From NCBI RefSeq assembly GCF_009914755.1, contig NC_060928.1: a stretch of 64,000 bases of DNA, one strand, 5' to 3'. A model generated the notes under the pieces. The model ran no database searches. It was not told the DNA's origin and saw only the letters and a list, made by a program, of their open reading frames with translations. How positions within the stretch are numbered: position 1 is the stretch's first letter; every line of letters begins with the position of its first letter. This document shows, in pieces, positions 13,571-29,237 of this stretch. The stretch comes from the human T2T-CHM13v2.0 reference genome, Homo sapiens. Both the position numbers and the translations under genes were made by a program.

Positions 13571-14187
13571 GTATGAAATAGGATATGTGGCATATTTGTG
13601 TGATTTTGTTATTTAGAGTTTCATAGTTTAGCAGTTTAATTTGTTTGGGGGCTTGAGTACAGTAGCAAATTAAAAAGATTTTAGGATTTTGAGCCTGGTA
13701 GACTTGACTTCGAATCCTGTGTACTGCTGTAATTTTGGCAAACTCACTTAACTCCTCTGAGCTGAAGTGTTTCTCTTCTCTAAAATGGGAACACGGGGTT
13801 GTGGTGTTCTTATTTTAGAGATGAACATAATGTGGTAAAGTATAATAAATAGTAGTTTTCCAATTATTATCAAAATGATTCGCAGCGGTGAAGCCTTGGA
13901 GAACATCATGATTCTTTAAAAAATCTTGTTTCGAGTCATGACTTTAATATTGCTAACATAATTTGAGTTTGTCAAAAGCCTAAAATGAAGTGAAATACTA
14001 GCATAATGTTTATACTCACAAGCTATAACACAAGGAAAATATGGTCATCTTTGGTGAGGAACTTAGAAATAATCTTAGGTGTTGATTATGATGTCCTAAA
14101 AATATAAACAGTAACCGTATGATTAGCAGTTGATTTAATAGACAGTTATCTAATAGAGATGAGCAAAACCAATTTTGCAAAATTTCA

Positions 14188-14616
<429 letters not shown>

Positions 14617-17467
14617 CTACATGGTAATGAATTGTGAGAATACTGATGTATACACAGTGTCATGTATGTGTATACATAAATTAACTTTAATTCCCTTTAT
14701 GTGTTTTGATTGATCAGATATACTATTAGGAATGTATTTTCCAAAGTTGGTTCCCTAAACACTTCAAATATAGCCCTAGAGGATTTCTTTAAAGATGTTG
14801 AAGAATTTTTTTTTATTAGTAAACTTAATGGTTAGAACTCCACCACCCTTGCATGAGTGAAGAGTGGGAACCTGCCAAGCCCAGCCTCTGACACCTTCAG
14901 AGCAGCATGTGAGGTCTGTGCTTCCCCACTTCTCAGAACGTTTTGTTCTCCAATTGACTGTAAGGTTTGCTTGTCTTGCCCTGAGAATGTTGTATGTCCT
15001 TCAGAGTAGACTTGTATAATGTTTAAGTACCTGAGAATAAAAAGAGGAATTCTGGAAAAGGACAGAGCATCTGTTTTTGTGCCTGCTTGCTTATCCTTGG
15101 CAGAATTTGGGCTGAGACTAGTAGGACGTTTGGAAGTAGGGAGTATCTAGCTCTCACCTACCTGTAATTACTGCAAGTTCCTTATATTTATCAAAAGAAG
15201 CAGGCATTTTTCTGAAGTACTAACTTGACTTAAGTCAGTTCATAATGTGATTTCAGTGGACTTTTAAATTGTCAATTCCCAGAAAAGTTACATAAATTAA
15301 GAATTAGTAGTAAGCTAATTATTTTCAGATTTTTCTCCTATTTTCCCTGGAACAGATTGGAAGTACATTGTTATTAATAGAAGTAACTTTCAAGAGAACT
15401 AAAATAAAAATAAGTTGATTTACCTCTTTTCAGGTTTGTTGTTTCAAAATTTGTTAACGCAAAAGCGAGTGGCTCCTAGAGCTGGTTAATTGTTCTAGGG
15501 CAGATCTAGGGTAACCTTTCCAGTGAGCCACATGCCAAGGTCCTTCATATTCCTCCCCCAGGCCATTGCCCCAGGTGGGGCTGAGATCCTTAACCTAGGA
15601 CCGCTTTGGGGGATCAGATGGGACACTTGAGTGCCTGCTTACTCTGGGTCTTGGTCACTTCCCCATTTTTTGTTACCCATTGGTAATCCCAGCTCCCGTC
15701 TTCCTAGTCCATCTTCACCTCTAAACCCAATATTGTCATTTTCTGTTTTTGCCACTAGGCCAGTTGGTGCTGCTTATTAGTAATTACAACTATGGCTTCA
15801 GGACAGGACAGCTAACCATTTCAAAGAAATACATGTTAATATTCTGTGCACACACCTGCCTCACACATGCATGCATACTTGTGCAGGGTCACTCACATTT
15901 GTTAAGATTAATGGAATTTTTAAAACCTAATAAATTGTATTATTGCTGAGACATTAAGTAAAATTGTTCCTTCTATGCTAGGTGTATCTTAATTATTATA
16001 GTAACCCCAGCATTTAGCACACAGTAAATGCTCAAGGATTACTTATTCACACCGAGAGGAATAAAGACAAATTTGTTGATTAAGGGAAATGTTGATTACT
16101 GGTCAAGATTGAACATAAGATTATAAGTAAGACAAAGAACAGTTGTCTTTCCAGGACCACCCCCTGTTCTCCACCACTATGCCTGAGGCCTGTGGGCTTT
16201 GCTAACAGCTGTGATACTTCCTCTGGGTTTTCTTTTTCTTATCTGTAAAACAAGACTTTTGATTTTAAATGACCTCTAAAATGCTAGGAATATAGTTCTG
16301 TTAACTTGCCGAAAAACCTAACTAAAAGGCTAGGAAGTCTATTTTTTGTCCTTTTACTTCAATGCTGTTGTAAAACACTGAATTTTACATTAAACATGAG
16401 TAACTAATGTCTCTGCCACACTGATTCAGCTTTTAGGCCACAATCCCAAAGCTCTCTAACTACTACCTATTCTCATGGGTCCTGCCTTATGAAAATTTCA
16501 TCTCATTACAGTTCCCATAATCTGTAGTATATATTGTCATTGGGATGAAAACCTTCTTTTTAAATAATGCAATTTAGTCAGGTTACTTTACTGTACCAAA
16601 TACCCTAATTTTGATGTCATTGCAAGGCACCAGCTTATTTTTTTTTATTCAGTGGCATGACAGATGAGGAATTACAGATAATTACCGTGTGTTAGTACTG
16701 TGCGTTTCCCTTCCCTTCATTTAAAATAGCTTATTAAGATCAGTTAAGAGGGAATGTCTGAGAATGGAGGATTGTTTTTCGTGGGCAGGAACTCTTTACC
16801 ACTATTTATCCTAGTTAGATGCTCTAATGGCCTTGGGGGATAGATAATCTTTTTCCAGAGAATCAGAGAATTGATAAAAGCAAGCAAACCAAGCCACGAC
16901 AGCATGTGCAGGAGCTGACAGTCTCTCTAGCTGCCAGGACACAGCTTTTGGCATTGAGGGTTTTGTTACTATCTGGATTTTATTCACTAGGGAACTAAAT
17001 AAGGTTAAGGGTAAGCAGAATTTGATGTTCTGTCACCGTTTTTCCCTCTTTGTATACATGTCTGGGAATTATTTTAATATTTTGGTAGGGGCATTGAAAG
17101 AACTGAAAATGAAAATAGGATATGTTTAATCTCTGATCATGGATTGTTAGTGACACTTTGGTTTGCTCATTAAGAGAGATATAAAATATAGACAATCCAC
17201 CCTCCTCTCCACAAAATGTACTCGTAGTTTTCTTGGTACTCTTACGAGAAAGATGATTCTGCTAAGACTGTGTTCTTTGAGGGGCTGGAAAAAAGCCAGT
17301 AGCGGAAGGAAAGCTTTCTTCAACTTGTGAATGATTTTTTTGCAGGTGAGCATGTAAGAAATAGGGTGGTGACCAAGTAATTAAGGTTCTTTAACCTTAA
17401 ACTGAGAGACTTTAGGACAACTGAGAGTTAGTGGTATCTTGATTATATATTTGTTTTGTTCAAGTAG

Positions 17468-17990
17468 TATTAAAGAAAAAACACTAATTATTCCAGATAC
17501 TTGTTAAAGACTATAAGGGAGACTTTATTCAAAGAGTGGGGGTGGTCCCTGGCAATTGGTATAGAGACCACTGTAGTGGAGCCTTGCAGGGAGGAAAAGA
17601 GGAAATCCAGCTCCAACAAGGAAAAGTGGGGATTATAACCAAGGAGCAGGGTGGGCATCAGCAGATGGAAGAGTATTAGAGGAACCATCCAGCATAAGAG
17701 GCTTCCGGCTCAACCGACTTGATAGGCTTATTGCTGAAGGCAGGCTGGGGTGATCTGACATCAGAGTCAGATACCAAGTACAGGGGATTTTCCCTGAACT
17801 GACTTAACAGGAATCTTGCTCAGGCCTCAGCCTGGATTCTGCAAGGACAGGGAGGGAAGCCCAAGGTTGGGCCTAGTCAAGCAGAGGATTTTGTAGAACA
17901 AAAACCAAAAGAGGGGCTAAGCAGTTTTGAAGTGGCCTAACAAAATAAGTTTTGGTCATAAAAGTTTTGGTCATAAAAGAGTTTTTGTCA
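17468..17990 (-). mobile_element. MER31-like solo ERV1 LTR carrying a foreign 64-bp insert
   Basis: Ends tattaaagaaaaaa... and ...gagtttttgtca; 4-bp TSD gtag on both sides; internal gcctagtc and ttattgctgaaggcagg. Confidence 0.75.
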
Positions 17991-18047
17991 GTAGTTACCT
18001 AAAACCATAAAGTGTAAAAACTGGAAGTAGTTTCAAACCTTGTTTAG

Positions 18048-18226
<179 letters not shown>

Positions 18227-19381
18227 AACACATTTGCTCCACAGGAAAAAGGGTTGAGAGATTGGGAGGGGAATAGGGAGGGGGAGGTGTGGGAAAAAGA
18301 GAGAGGAAATCCTGGGGTTAGGGAGGAGGCTGGGTGAAGAGGGGTGGAAAGACAGAGAAAAATACCTGGTGACAACTTTTCCTGAGAGGCTTGGGGGAAA
18401 AGTTTGCTAATAGGTATCTAATGGGAGCTCCTTGAAAGTGAAACTGTCCACACTGTGCCCATTATTTCCACCTAACCCCATAAAGCTTTAGTACAATAAC
18501 AGAGTTCACAATAGTTTAGCGTTTTTGGTTTTCTTTGGAAGACAGTACTCAGTGGAGCTGAGTATTGTCAAGATTGGTATAGATTGGAATTAGCATATCC
18601 AGATTCAGCAGATACATGGGTTACAAGGATGTGGGATGATGTTCTGTGGTGGGCCTGTGATGGAAGTCACCCTGTGGGTATGGTGGCATAGCTGGGTGTT
18701 GAGCCCATGCTCATAAACACTACCAGCCCCAAGGACACAGTGGGAAAGCAAGATCAGTCTTCTTAAACAAATGATTGGAAACAACATGATCAGACCAAAA
18801 ATTTGTAAAATTAGTTATTAAAGGCTAACGCCATCCAGCAGGTCCCTGTTAGGCCTCTTCCCCAGAACCTAGCTCCTAGGTATTAGAACTTGGCTTTGCT
18901 TCTGTTTGGACTTAGGGAATCTGACTTTCCTGAAGGTCAGGGCTGCTCCTGGTGATGGTCACCTAGGGAGGAGGCATTTCTGCAGGCCACACACAGCCTC
19001 TCTCACCTCAGTGGCCCCAGGCTGCCTCCCACAGCCAGGAACATGGGGAGCCCTGGGGCTTCTGAAATAAAGACAATTCATGCCAAGTTGTACTATGCCT
19101 TTGTTACGAGGCTACAGATCTCCTCGAGACTCTGGTTTATTTTCCTTTTGTCCTCTAATTCTTAAGTTTTTTTGTGATTATTCCGAGCTATTCTAGTTAA
19201 GCTAAGGGTAACCAGGATAAAAGTCTTGGTCTGCTTTGGCCAGATTATTAAGGTGGGAATGGTGCCCCCTGGTGTGCAGCTACACAGAGGACCTGGAGGA
19301 AGAAGGAGACCTGAGCTCCCTCCCTCCTCTGCTGCCTCCTCCATTTGGAAACAGACACAGGATGGTGATCAAAAGCACGTG

Positions 19382-19442
19382 AAATGTAACAGCCCTTTTA
19401 GAATTTGTCTAGCAGGGTTTCTGGTGGTACCAGCAGACTCCA
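19382..19442 (+). pseudogene. U7 snRNA retrocopy (RNU7-type pseudogene)
   Basis: atgtaacagcccttttagAATTTGTCTAGcagggtttctggtggtaccagcagactcc versus U7 cagtgttacagctcttttagaatttgtctagtaggctttctgg..accggaaagcccc; U7 Sm site intact at 19402-19412. Confidence 0.88.
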
Positions 19443-19469
19443 CACAGGTAAATCTATTACAACATTTAG

Positions 19470-19846
<377 letters not shown>

Positions 19847-20199
19847 TCACCCCTATCTGTGGAAAAAGGGATTAATAGGACCTACCGCACAGGATTGAGA
19901 TTGATTAAATATGGAGAAAGCAGTTAGGGTAGCCTTGTTATTCTTTCTTACCGTAAACCTTGGCATTTCCAGGTTCCATTTTCACGTGAAGGCAGTTTTA
20001 CTTGCAAAAAACTAACATGCAGTAGTGTACAAGGGGGAAAGAGAAGGTGAGAGAAGTCAGACTCCAGATTTTATTACCTCCTCTGCTTTTCTATCACCAA
20101 CTTTTCCTCTCAACTCTCCCTTCACCTCTGCTTTCCTGCCCTCTTCACATACTCCAACCCTATCAATAATCTATAAATGACTCTACTAGGAACAGATTA

Positions 20200-20652
<453 letters not shown>

Positions 20653-20654
20653 AG

Positions 20655-21185
20655 GTTATCCCAAAATTTAGCAGCTTAAAACAAAAGAAGTAGAAAATTT
20701 ATTTTCACACACAGTTTTTACGGGTCAGAAATTCAGGAGCAGCTTAACTGGGTGGTTCTGGCTCAAGATCTCTCATGAGGTTGCAGTCAAGACGCGTCCC
20801 AGGGCTGTAGCCGCCTGAAGGCTTGACTGGGAATGGAGGATCCCCCTCTGTAGTCACTCATTCACTTGCTGGCAAGCTGGTGCTGGCTGTTGGCAGAAGG
20901 CCTCGGTTACTCGCCATGTGGACCTCTCTGTAAGTTGGCTTGAGTTTCCTCAGAACACAGCAGGTGGCTTTCCCCAGAACCAAGTGATAAGAGAGAGAGA
21001 GAGAGAGAGAGTGCCATACAGAAGCTGTCCATTCTGTGACCTAGCCTTGGAAGCCAGACCCCATCTCTTCCATAATATCTTGGTGGTCACACACCAGCCC
21101 AACTCAGCATGGGGAGAGACATCACAAGGGCATGAGAAACGGGAGCTGGGGCTCATGAGGGCTATTGTGGAGTCTGGCAGTCACA
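20655..21185 (-). mobile_element. MLT1 (F/H-like) MaLR LTR
   Basis: cccaaaatttagcagcttaaaacaa..gggtcagaaattcaggagcagctta..ctcatgaggttgcagtcaaga..ccatgtggacctctc. Confidence 0.8.
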
Positions 21186-24155
21186 CCAGCCTTCTCTCCA
21201 TTTTCATCTCTTTATCAGCCACTCAAAATTTCTGCCCTGGGCTGGTCTGGCTTCCTCATCCTGTCCTTTCCAACCTTCCTGTCCATCCTCTTTTTTGAGG
21301 GCTGCCAGAGTCTCACCCCATCAATTTTATTGCTTTGTTCTCCTTCCAGTCCTTTTGTTCGTCAGACTGCTGACTCCCTACTCATTCTTTTTCCTTCTCT
21401 TCAAATCCTAGAATCCCACCCCTGTGGACCTCGTTTGCTTCTTTTAATGCTCGTCTTCCTGATTCTCCATTTTTCTGCTTGACCCCAACCTATGATCTTC
21501 TGTTCCCTCTGTGCAAGTTCCTCAGAGTCTCTTCAATCTAGCTGATAACTTTTCCCATAGGAATATTTGCTATGCTTAAATCACAGCATTTTCTTTGGGA
21601 CAGATAGGCAATAAAGAGTAGTAAATGTGTCATCAGCTACCAGATGGATGAAGAAAGCATTTCCCTGAACTTTAATTCATCATTCATGTTCCAGTTTAAG
21701 ACTTTTAAGGCAATAGTAACTTCAGGCTTCAGAGTCACAGCACATCTGTGGACACTGAGGGATAAAATGTTTCGTGTTTTGATGCTGAAGTGTATGCCTG
21801 GAGGCTCTCTGCTGTGAGCATTCTTGCCGGTTGAAAGAAGGAAGAAAAAAGTACATTTGGAACATTATCCAACATCTTGAGATTATGAACTGTCTGATGT
21901 GCTGATATTTTATCTGATGATGTCTCCTGGGTCTGCTGGTGGTGAAAGATTTTCCAGATTTGTGAAGTGTGATGAAAGGGCTGGTAGTATCTCATCCTGA
22001 CTGGCAGAGCTAAAATGTAACTCTTCGACCTTCTGAACTTGAACACTTCTTTTCGAAGCTGTGAAATGTAAATCCACAGTAGCTGCTGACCTTAGACATT
22101 TTTGCTTTTCCCTGGAGCTTTGGCTTTTCTTTTGTAATTAAGACTAGTTGATAACCTTCAATACTAAGAAACTGACCACTTCTCATTACTCCAGAGATGG
22201 ATGGTGACTTCATCTTTCCATATAATTGATTTTGTAGAACAAAAACCAAAAGAGGGGCTAAGCAGTTTTGAAGTGCCCTAACAAAATAAGTCATAATGCA
22301 TCTCACACTTTGAGGACAGTGATTTGCACATTGTAGTTGCTCAGTCAAATCTGGTGCACTTGGGAAGTAAATGACTCACCTGGGCTGAAGCCTATCTTTC
22401 TGAGGATGCAGGGAGGGTTTACCAAGTAAATCAGTGTATAAATAGGATCAATTGTAAGAATTTCATTTGAATACAACTGGCATATGTGTTAAACTTAAAT
22501 GCCCCATTATTCATGAAAGTGGGCCCAGAAATTCTTCTTGGTAGTGCATTATAGGTAACTGGATGGAGTTAAAGACTTAGAGATTGTCATTGTGGCTGCT
22601 TGTAGTAGCCTCCATAGTTATAACAGAAGAGGCAGACACCTCTCTCATCACCCTGGCATCCTAGAAATCAGTGAAACCTCACAGTGAAAGCATGCAGGTA
22701 TTTTTAGCAAGTAGGCATGGTCACACCACCTGTCTGTTGGTCACAATCCAGTAAGCCAACACCTTACTCGAAAGGCTTACTCAGAGGGGTGCGATGAGAT
22801 TCTCTGCTGGTTTTGGCAAGCCATGTAGTCACCTGTGGTGGTTTCTGTATTTGGAAGAACAGGAAAGCAGAAGTTGGGCTCCACACTGCCCCTTTGATAG
22901 ACTGTAGAGATGGCTGTTGTTTTAAGCCATATTCATGTTCAGGCAGTGGATTCTATTTAACACTGTTAACCAACCACAAGTCTTAAGTGCCACTGTTTTT
23001 GCCAAACGAAACCAAATCTAAGCATGCAGCCTGTGTTACCACCCTCTGGGTGCTGATTCCGATTGTTTTCATATCTCATACTGAAGTATTTCAAATTATC
23101 AGAAATCCAATATGAAAATAATAAAGGTTTCTGTTCTTGGATACATTCCTAATTCAGCATTTATAATACTTTACACTGGATTTTATTCTAGTTAGTGGAA
23201 ACAATGTTCCTAATGTTGAAAAAACCCACAAAAATGCCAATGATGCAAATCTATTTACAAGTACTATCTAGTGTATTTTTTTTTAAAAAAAAATTCAGTA
23301 AACTTCAGAAGTTACCTTTTTAAAGAAAAAATTTATCTTAAATTCTATTTGAGGAAAGGCTGTGAATTTATCAATTTGTGTATCATATGACTGAATTACA
23401 GGAATGTTACTCTAGTTATATAATCATAAAACATGTTCTAGATATACCATAGTGTATATTTTGATCAGCAAGTCTAGAATTAGGTGACTTCCTTTAGTTG
23501 GTTCAATAGCCTTGCAGGACTTTTCTCATAAACTTAGAGGATAGGACAGTGTGAGAATCGCCAAGAAGCTCTTGGGCTCTGGAGTCAGCCCTGGGTTTGG
23601 ATTCTGATTCCACATTTGCTGTGGTGATGGGCAAGTTATATAACCTCTCTAAGCTCTGATTTCTTCACAGGTCAATGGAGATGATGACCATACCTAACTC
23701 ATTCAATGCAAAATACTCACTTCATGACTTGGTACAAAGTAGGATTCAGTAAACCATGTGGGTGTCCTCCTTCCTTTTCTTACAAAGACAAGATTGTTTG
23801 GCTATAGATGACTTGCAGTGGTTAGAGTGACAGAGTGAACTTACACAGATTATGGTAGCTGAACAGTTAATTAAAATTGCTGCCAGAAACTTCATCCACA
23901 GATGTTCTCAACCTTGGCTGCATGTTGGATCATCTGCAGACCTTTTAAAAAATCCTGATACCTGAGATTCTTTAATCAACTTGGGATTCAGATTGACAAT
24001 AGAATTTTTGAAATCTTCCTATGTGATTCTAAGATGTGAGGAAAGAATGGCTGCTTTATAGCAACAACCATATCCTAAAGGTTGTTCTGTTTTAGAGTTT
24101 AAAAGTGCAAGAATTATCTTGGAGGAAAAGCTTTCCTAAGAAAGTTCTTGCTCAC

Positions 24156-24674
<519 letters not shown>

Positions 24675-24800
24675 TTATAGACCGTTTACCACTTGAATTG
24701 TGATGCCATTTTCCAAAATGCATTCAAGAAAGTCAACTCAGTACAGAGAAATATTTCCTAGATTCTGTTCAAGTTTGTCCTTTTATTAAAAAAAATGAAA

Positions 24801-25688
24801 TATTAGGGAAAATCTTTCTCAAACCATGTTTTTATTCTGCTCTGACACCAAAAAAAACAATAAGCACAGAAGAAGACTTTTGTGACCAAATGTGGGGGAT
24901 GAGTTTCGTTCCACCACCAAGTGAACAATCAGTTCTATAGCAGACACTAGGTGGGTGTCCTCCCAATTCAATTCTGATGCTATCTACCTGGAGGTAGCAT
25001 CAGATCCCATAGGTTGAGGGCCCATTCCCCAAAACTACCCCCTTCTTCAGACACCAGTGGCAAGTCTGGGCCTCTGGAACTTGTGAATGACCAGCTTCAA
25101 GTTGGAGTTCCCATGACCCCTCTTTGGGTTTGATTAATTTGCATTTCACTGAACACTTCACTGTACTCAGGGAAGTGTTTACTAATTTATTATAAAGGAT
25201 ATTATGTTACAAAGGATACAGATGAAGATATGCATAGGGCGAGGTATGGGGGAAGGCATGCATAGCTTCCATGGCCTCCCTGGGCATGCCACCCTCCAGA
25301 AACGTCCACATACTCAGCTATCCAGAAGCGTTCCTAACCCTGTCTTTTTGGATTTTTATGGAGGCTTCATTACATAGGCATGATTGACAACCCTGTAGAA
25401 ATATGACTGGACAAAAAGGGGTATGATCTAAGCCCAGCAAAGCCGGTTTGTTCTGTTTTTTCTTAGCCTCTTTATAGAGCATTCCTGGCTTCAGGGTATG
25501 GGGCAGGACCTCCTCTGGAATGACAGTCTTATGACTGCAGTCAGATTAGAGTCCTGCTTTAGGCAGGTGAAAGGAGGGCAGGAGAAGGTCAGAGAGATTG
25601 TTTTCTGAGGCCTAAAGCATCCCAACATTATAACAAGGACTGTGGAAGTTAATGAGCCAGGAACATGGATGAAAACCAGTATAGCACA
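24801..25688 (-). mobile_element. MER21A-like solo LTR
   Basis: caattcaattctgatgctatctacctggaggtagcatcagatccca..cccaacattataacaagg..gagccaggaacatggatgaaaacca. Confidence 0.75.
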
Positions 25689-26031
25689 AGGGTAGCTAGC
25701 ATTATACTCAAGTCAACAATAATATGCCATAATGCAGTAAGTAACCACTCTTGCTACTTTTTTTTGAGACTTGCCTATTTCAGAACAGAGAACAGTTCTT
25801 AACATTTCTCCTTAAATTTCAAATTTGAAGAAATTTTGGTAATCTGCTTATCAAAGAAGTTTACCATAGGACCCTCTGACATAACTCCCTGGCTAAAAAC
25901 AGAAAACTGGAGTGTTGCTCATCATCAGATGTCCTTCATCAGCCATGAATGCCTTTAAATGATGCTAGCAGTTGAGAGCATTGTAAAGCATCTTCTGCTC
26001 TGTTTTCAAGTCTTTTTTAAAAAGTTCTCAG

Positions 26032-26328
<297 letters not shown>

Positions 26329-27462
26329 TTAGCAGAAGAGGATTCTTGCACATTTCCCTTCCTTGCTTATTCATAAAAATGGAGCCACTGCTGCCAGAGA
26401 AGTGACGAGGTGGTGCAGGGGCACCAGATCCCAGAGAAGACACTCAGCAACATCTTCACGGTTCTCTTCTGTCACCTTCCCTCCTTGGCCAAGCAGAATC
26501 AGGACCTCATTAGGAAATATATCCCCCGCCCCCTTGCCACTGTCAAATACAATGCTGTCTTTCTGAACCAGTTGGCAATTATGAATGGCATCCTGAAAAA
26601 CCGTAAATGCTGCCATCCATTATGCTTTGTTGAGGAGGACCCTACTAGCATACAGCATCTAGGCACTTTCTTTGTGCTGTCTCAGCATCATAGTTGCTGA
26701 TGGAAGCAGGAATGCTCATTAGCATTTTAAGAGATTTTAATAGAAATTGTTAGTTTGACAATAGAAATGGGACGGGTTTAATCTTGAATGCCATATTTGA
26801 TCTCTCTGGTACTAATTCAATTCTTGCTTCAGTAAGAGAGTAATTCATTTACAGGAGACAAGGGAATATACACATTTTGCAAAGGAAATGATGAGAATTT
26901 TGCAAAGTCACAGCTTTATTTCCTCTGTTTTCATTGCTCTTTGTCTGCATGTCTCTCAGGGCACTGGGAATGCTTTGCCTTATATTTAACAATAGATGCT
27001 TCACAGTTGCCAGTGATCTGTCCAGAGATCTTACTGAATACTCAGCTTTTCTTCTACCTCTGGAAAGCCAAGCTTCATTAGTGGGAGGTCCAATGAACTG
27101 AATCACTAGCTGAGCGATTCAAACACAAGCTCAGATTTGTGCTGTAGCAAAATGGCTCCCTCTCACGGCTCTTCAGAGTCATTTGTAACCGTCAGCACCT
27201 ATCCTGAAATGCAGAGGTTTCACTGAAGGTATTAAGCTTAGGTGCACCTATCCCTCCTCATAAGGTTGTAAACATCTGAGCAGTAATAATGATGTGTCTT
27301 CATCTTCTTATCCCTTAAAACAGCACAAGTCATTGCTGTAGATTTTACTGAGGAGTGAAGAGGGAGAAAGAAAATTGTCTGTGTCTAATTATGTTTCTCT
27401 GTTCAGCTGCACTATAATAAAACTATCCCCTTTATTTTTTCATGCTTTTTTCTTCTCTTTAG

Positions 27463-27488
27463 GAAAGGCTTATTTTCAAATAAATAAA
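27463..27488 (+). other. Candidate alternative terminal/poison exon (ERLIFK*) with overlapping AATAAA signals
   Basis: ~35-nt pyrimidine tract ending ttctctttag|GAA AGG CTT ATT TTC AAA TAA; AATAAA at 27479 and 27483. Confidence 0.3.
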
Positions 27489-27706
27489 CATATTTGGTTA
27501 AGTAATTGGATAAGTCATCCCTGTTAACGCTACATAATTGTTTGTTTTAATGCTTGAGGCTTAACACCTTTTAAAAAATATTAATTTGACAGCTTTGAAA
27601 AATGTCCTTGCCCTTATTGTTTGCTAAGAAGCTGCATTTCCTGGTGTTTAGTGGAGGCTTTGTTAGGTACACTTGAAAGTGGCCCTTCGCTTGGCCCCAT
27701 GCCATG

Positions 27707-27778
27707 CTCGCTGTTGCTCGCTCTCACTCTCGCTCTCTCTCTCGCTCTCTCTCTCCTCCCCCGCCCCCCCTCCCCCCA
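27707..27778. repeat. (CT)/(CTCG)-rich microsatellite followed by a C-rich GC-box tract
   Basis: ctcgctctcactctcgctctctctctcgctctctctctcctcccccgccccccctccccc. Confidence 0.85.
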
Positions 27779-28566
27779 CAACGAGGCCCCCTGTTCCTTC
27801 TGAGGCTCAAGGCTTCAGCCTAGGTGCCACTCTCTTTTAGTCACTGGAGACCAGGCTTCCATCACTTGTCCTGTTTCCTGGTCTCTTTCCCTGCTCCATG
27901 TCACCCGCAAATCCCAACATATGCCAGGTTTGTAATTGCTGAGCTATATAGGGGATCAGGGTAGGGTGGGAGTGAAGGTTTAATCAAATAAACATTGGGA
28001 AAATTACAATGGTTCACAGGAGCTCAACTGATAAACACTTCGATTAGTTACTGATCCACATGAAAATGTACATTGAAGTAGAAATGCCTGTGTTTCAGCC
28101 CCTCCTGATGTGATGAGTGTCCTTCACTCAGACAACACATCAGCTTGCAGTAAACCAGTGCTTACCCAAATTAGCTCAAGAAAGGGACTTGTTGTAGGAC
28201 CATTACCTGCTTCCAGGACAGATGAACAAGCAGGCTTCATGGAGAGCAGGGACCCAGGTACAGGTCTTAGGACCTCAGCTGTGAGTGTGGGGACCTGCAC
28301 TCTGCTCAAAGTCCTGAGGCCTAAGTGCTGGGAGAGGCGGTGGTTCCTGCCCACCATGCCTGACCCAGCTGCCTGTGGCCTGACCATGTGGGGCTGCGTT
28401 GCCCTGGGCTGTGAGATTTAAGACATGTGAGTCCACTGGTCACTGTCCACCATGCTTCCTGACCATTGATTTTCCACCTCCCCTGTTACTTTATTCTGGG
28501 GCAGGCAGTGATTAGCAGAGATCTTTTTATCTTCTGAGATACAACTTTCCAGAAAAATCATGTTCA

Positions 28567-28908
<342 letters not shown>

Positions 28909-28933
28909 TTACATTCAACAGTTCACAAACATT

Positions 28934-29237
<304 letters not shown>

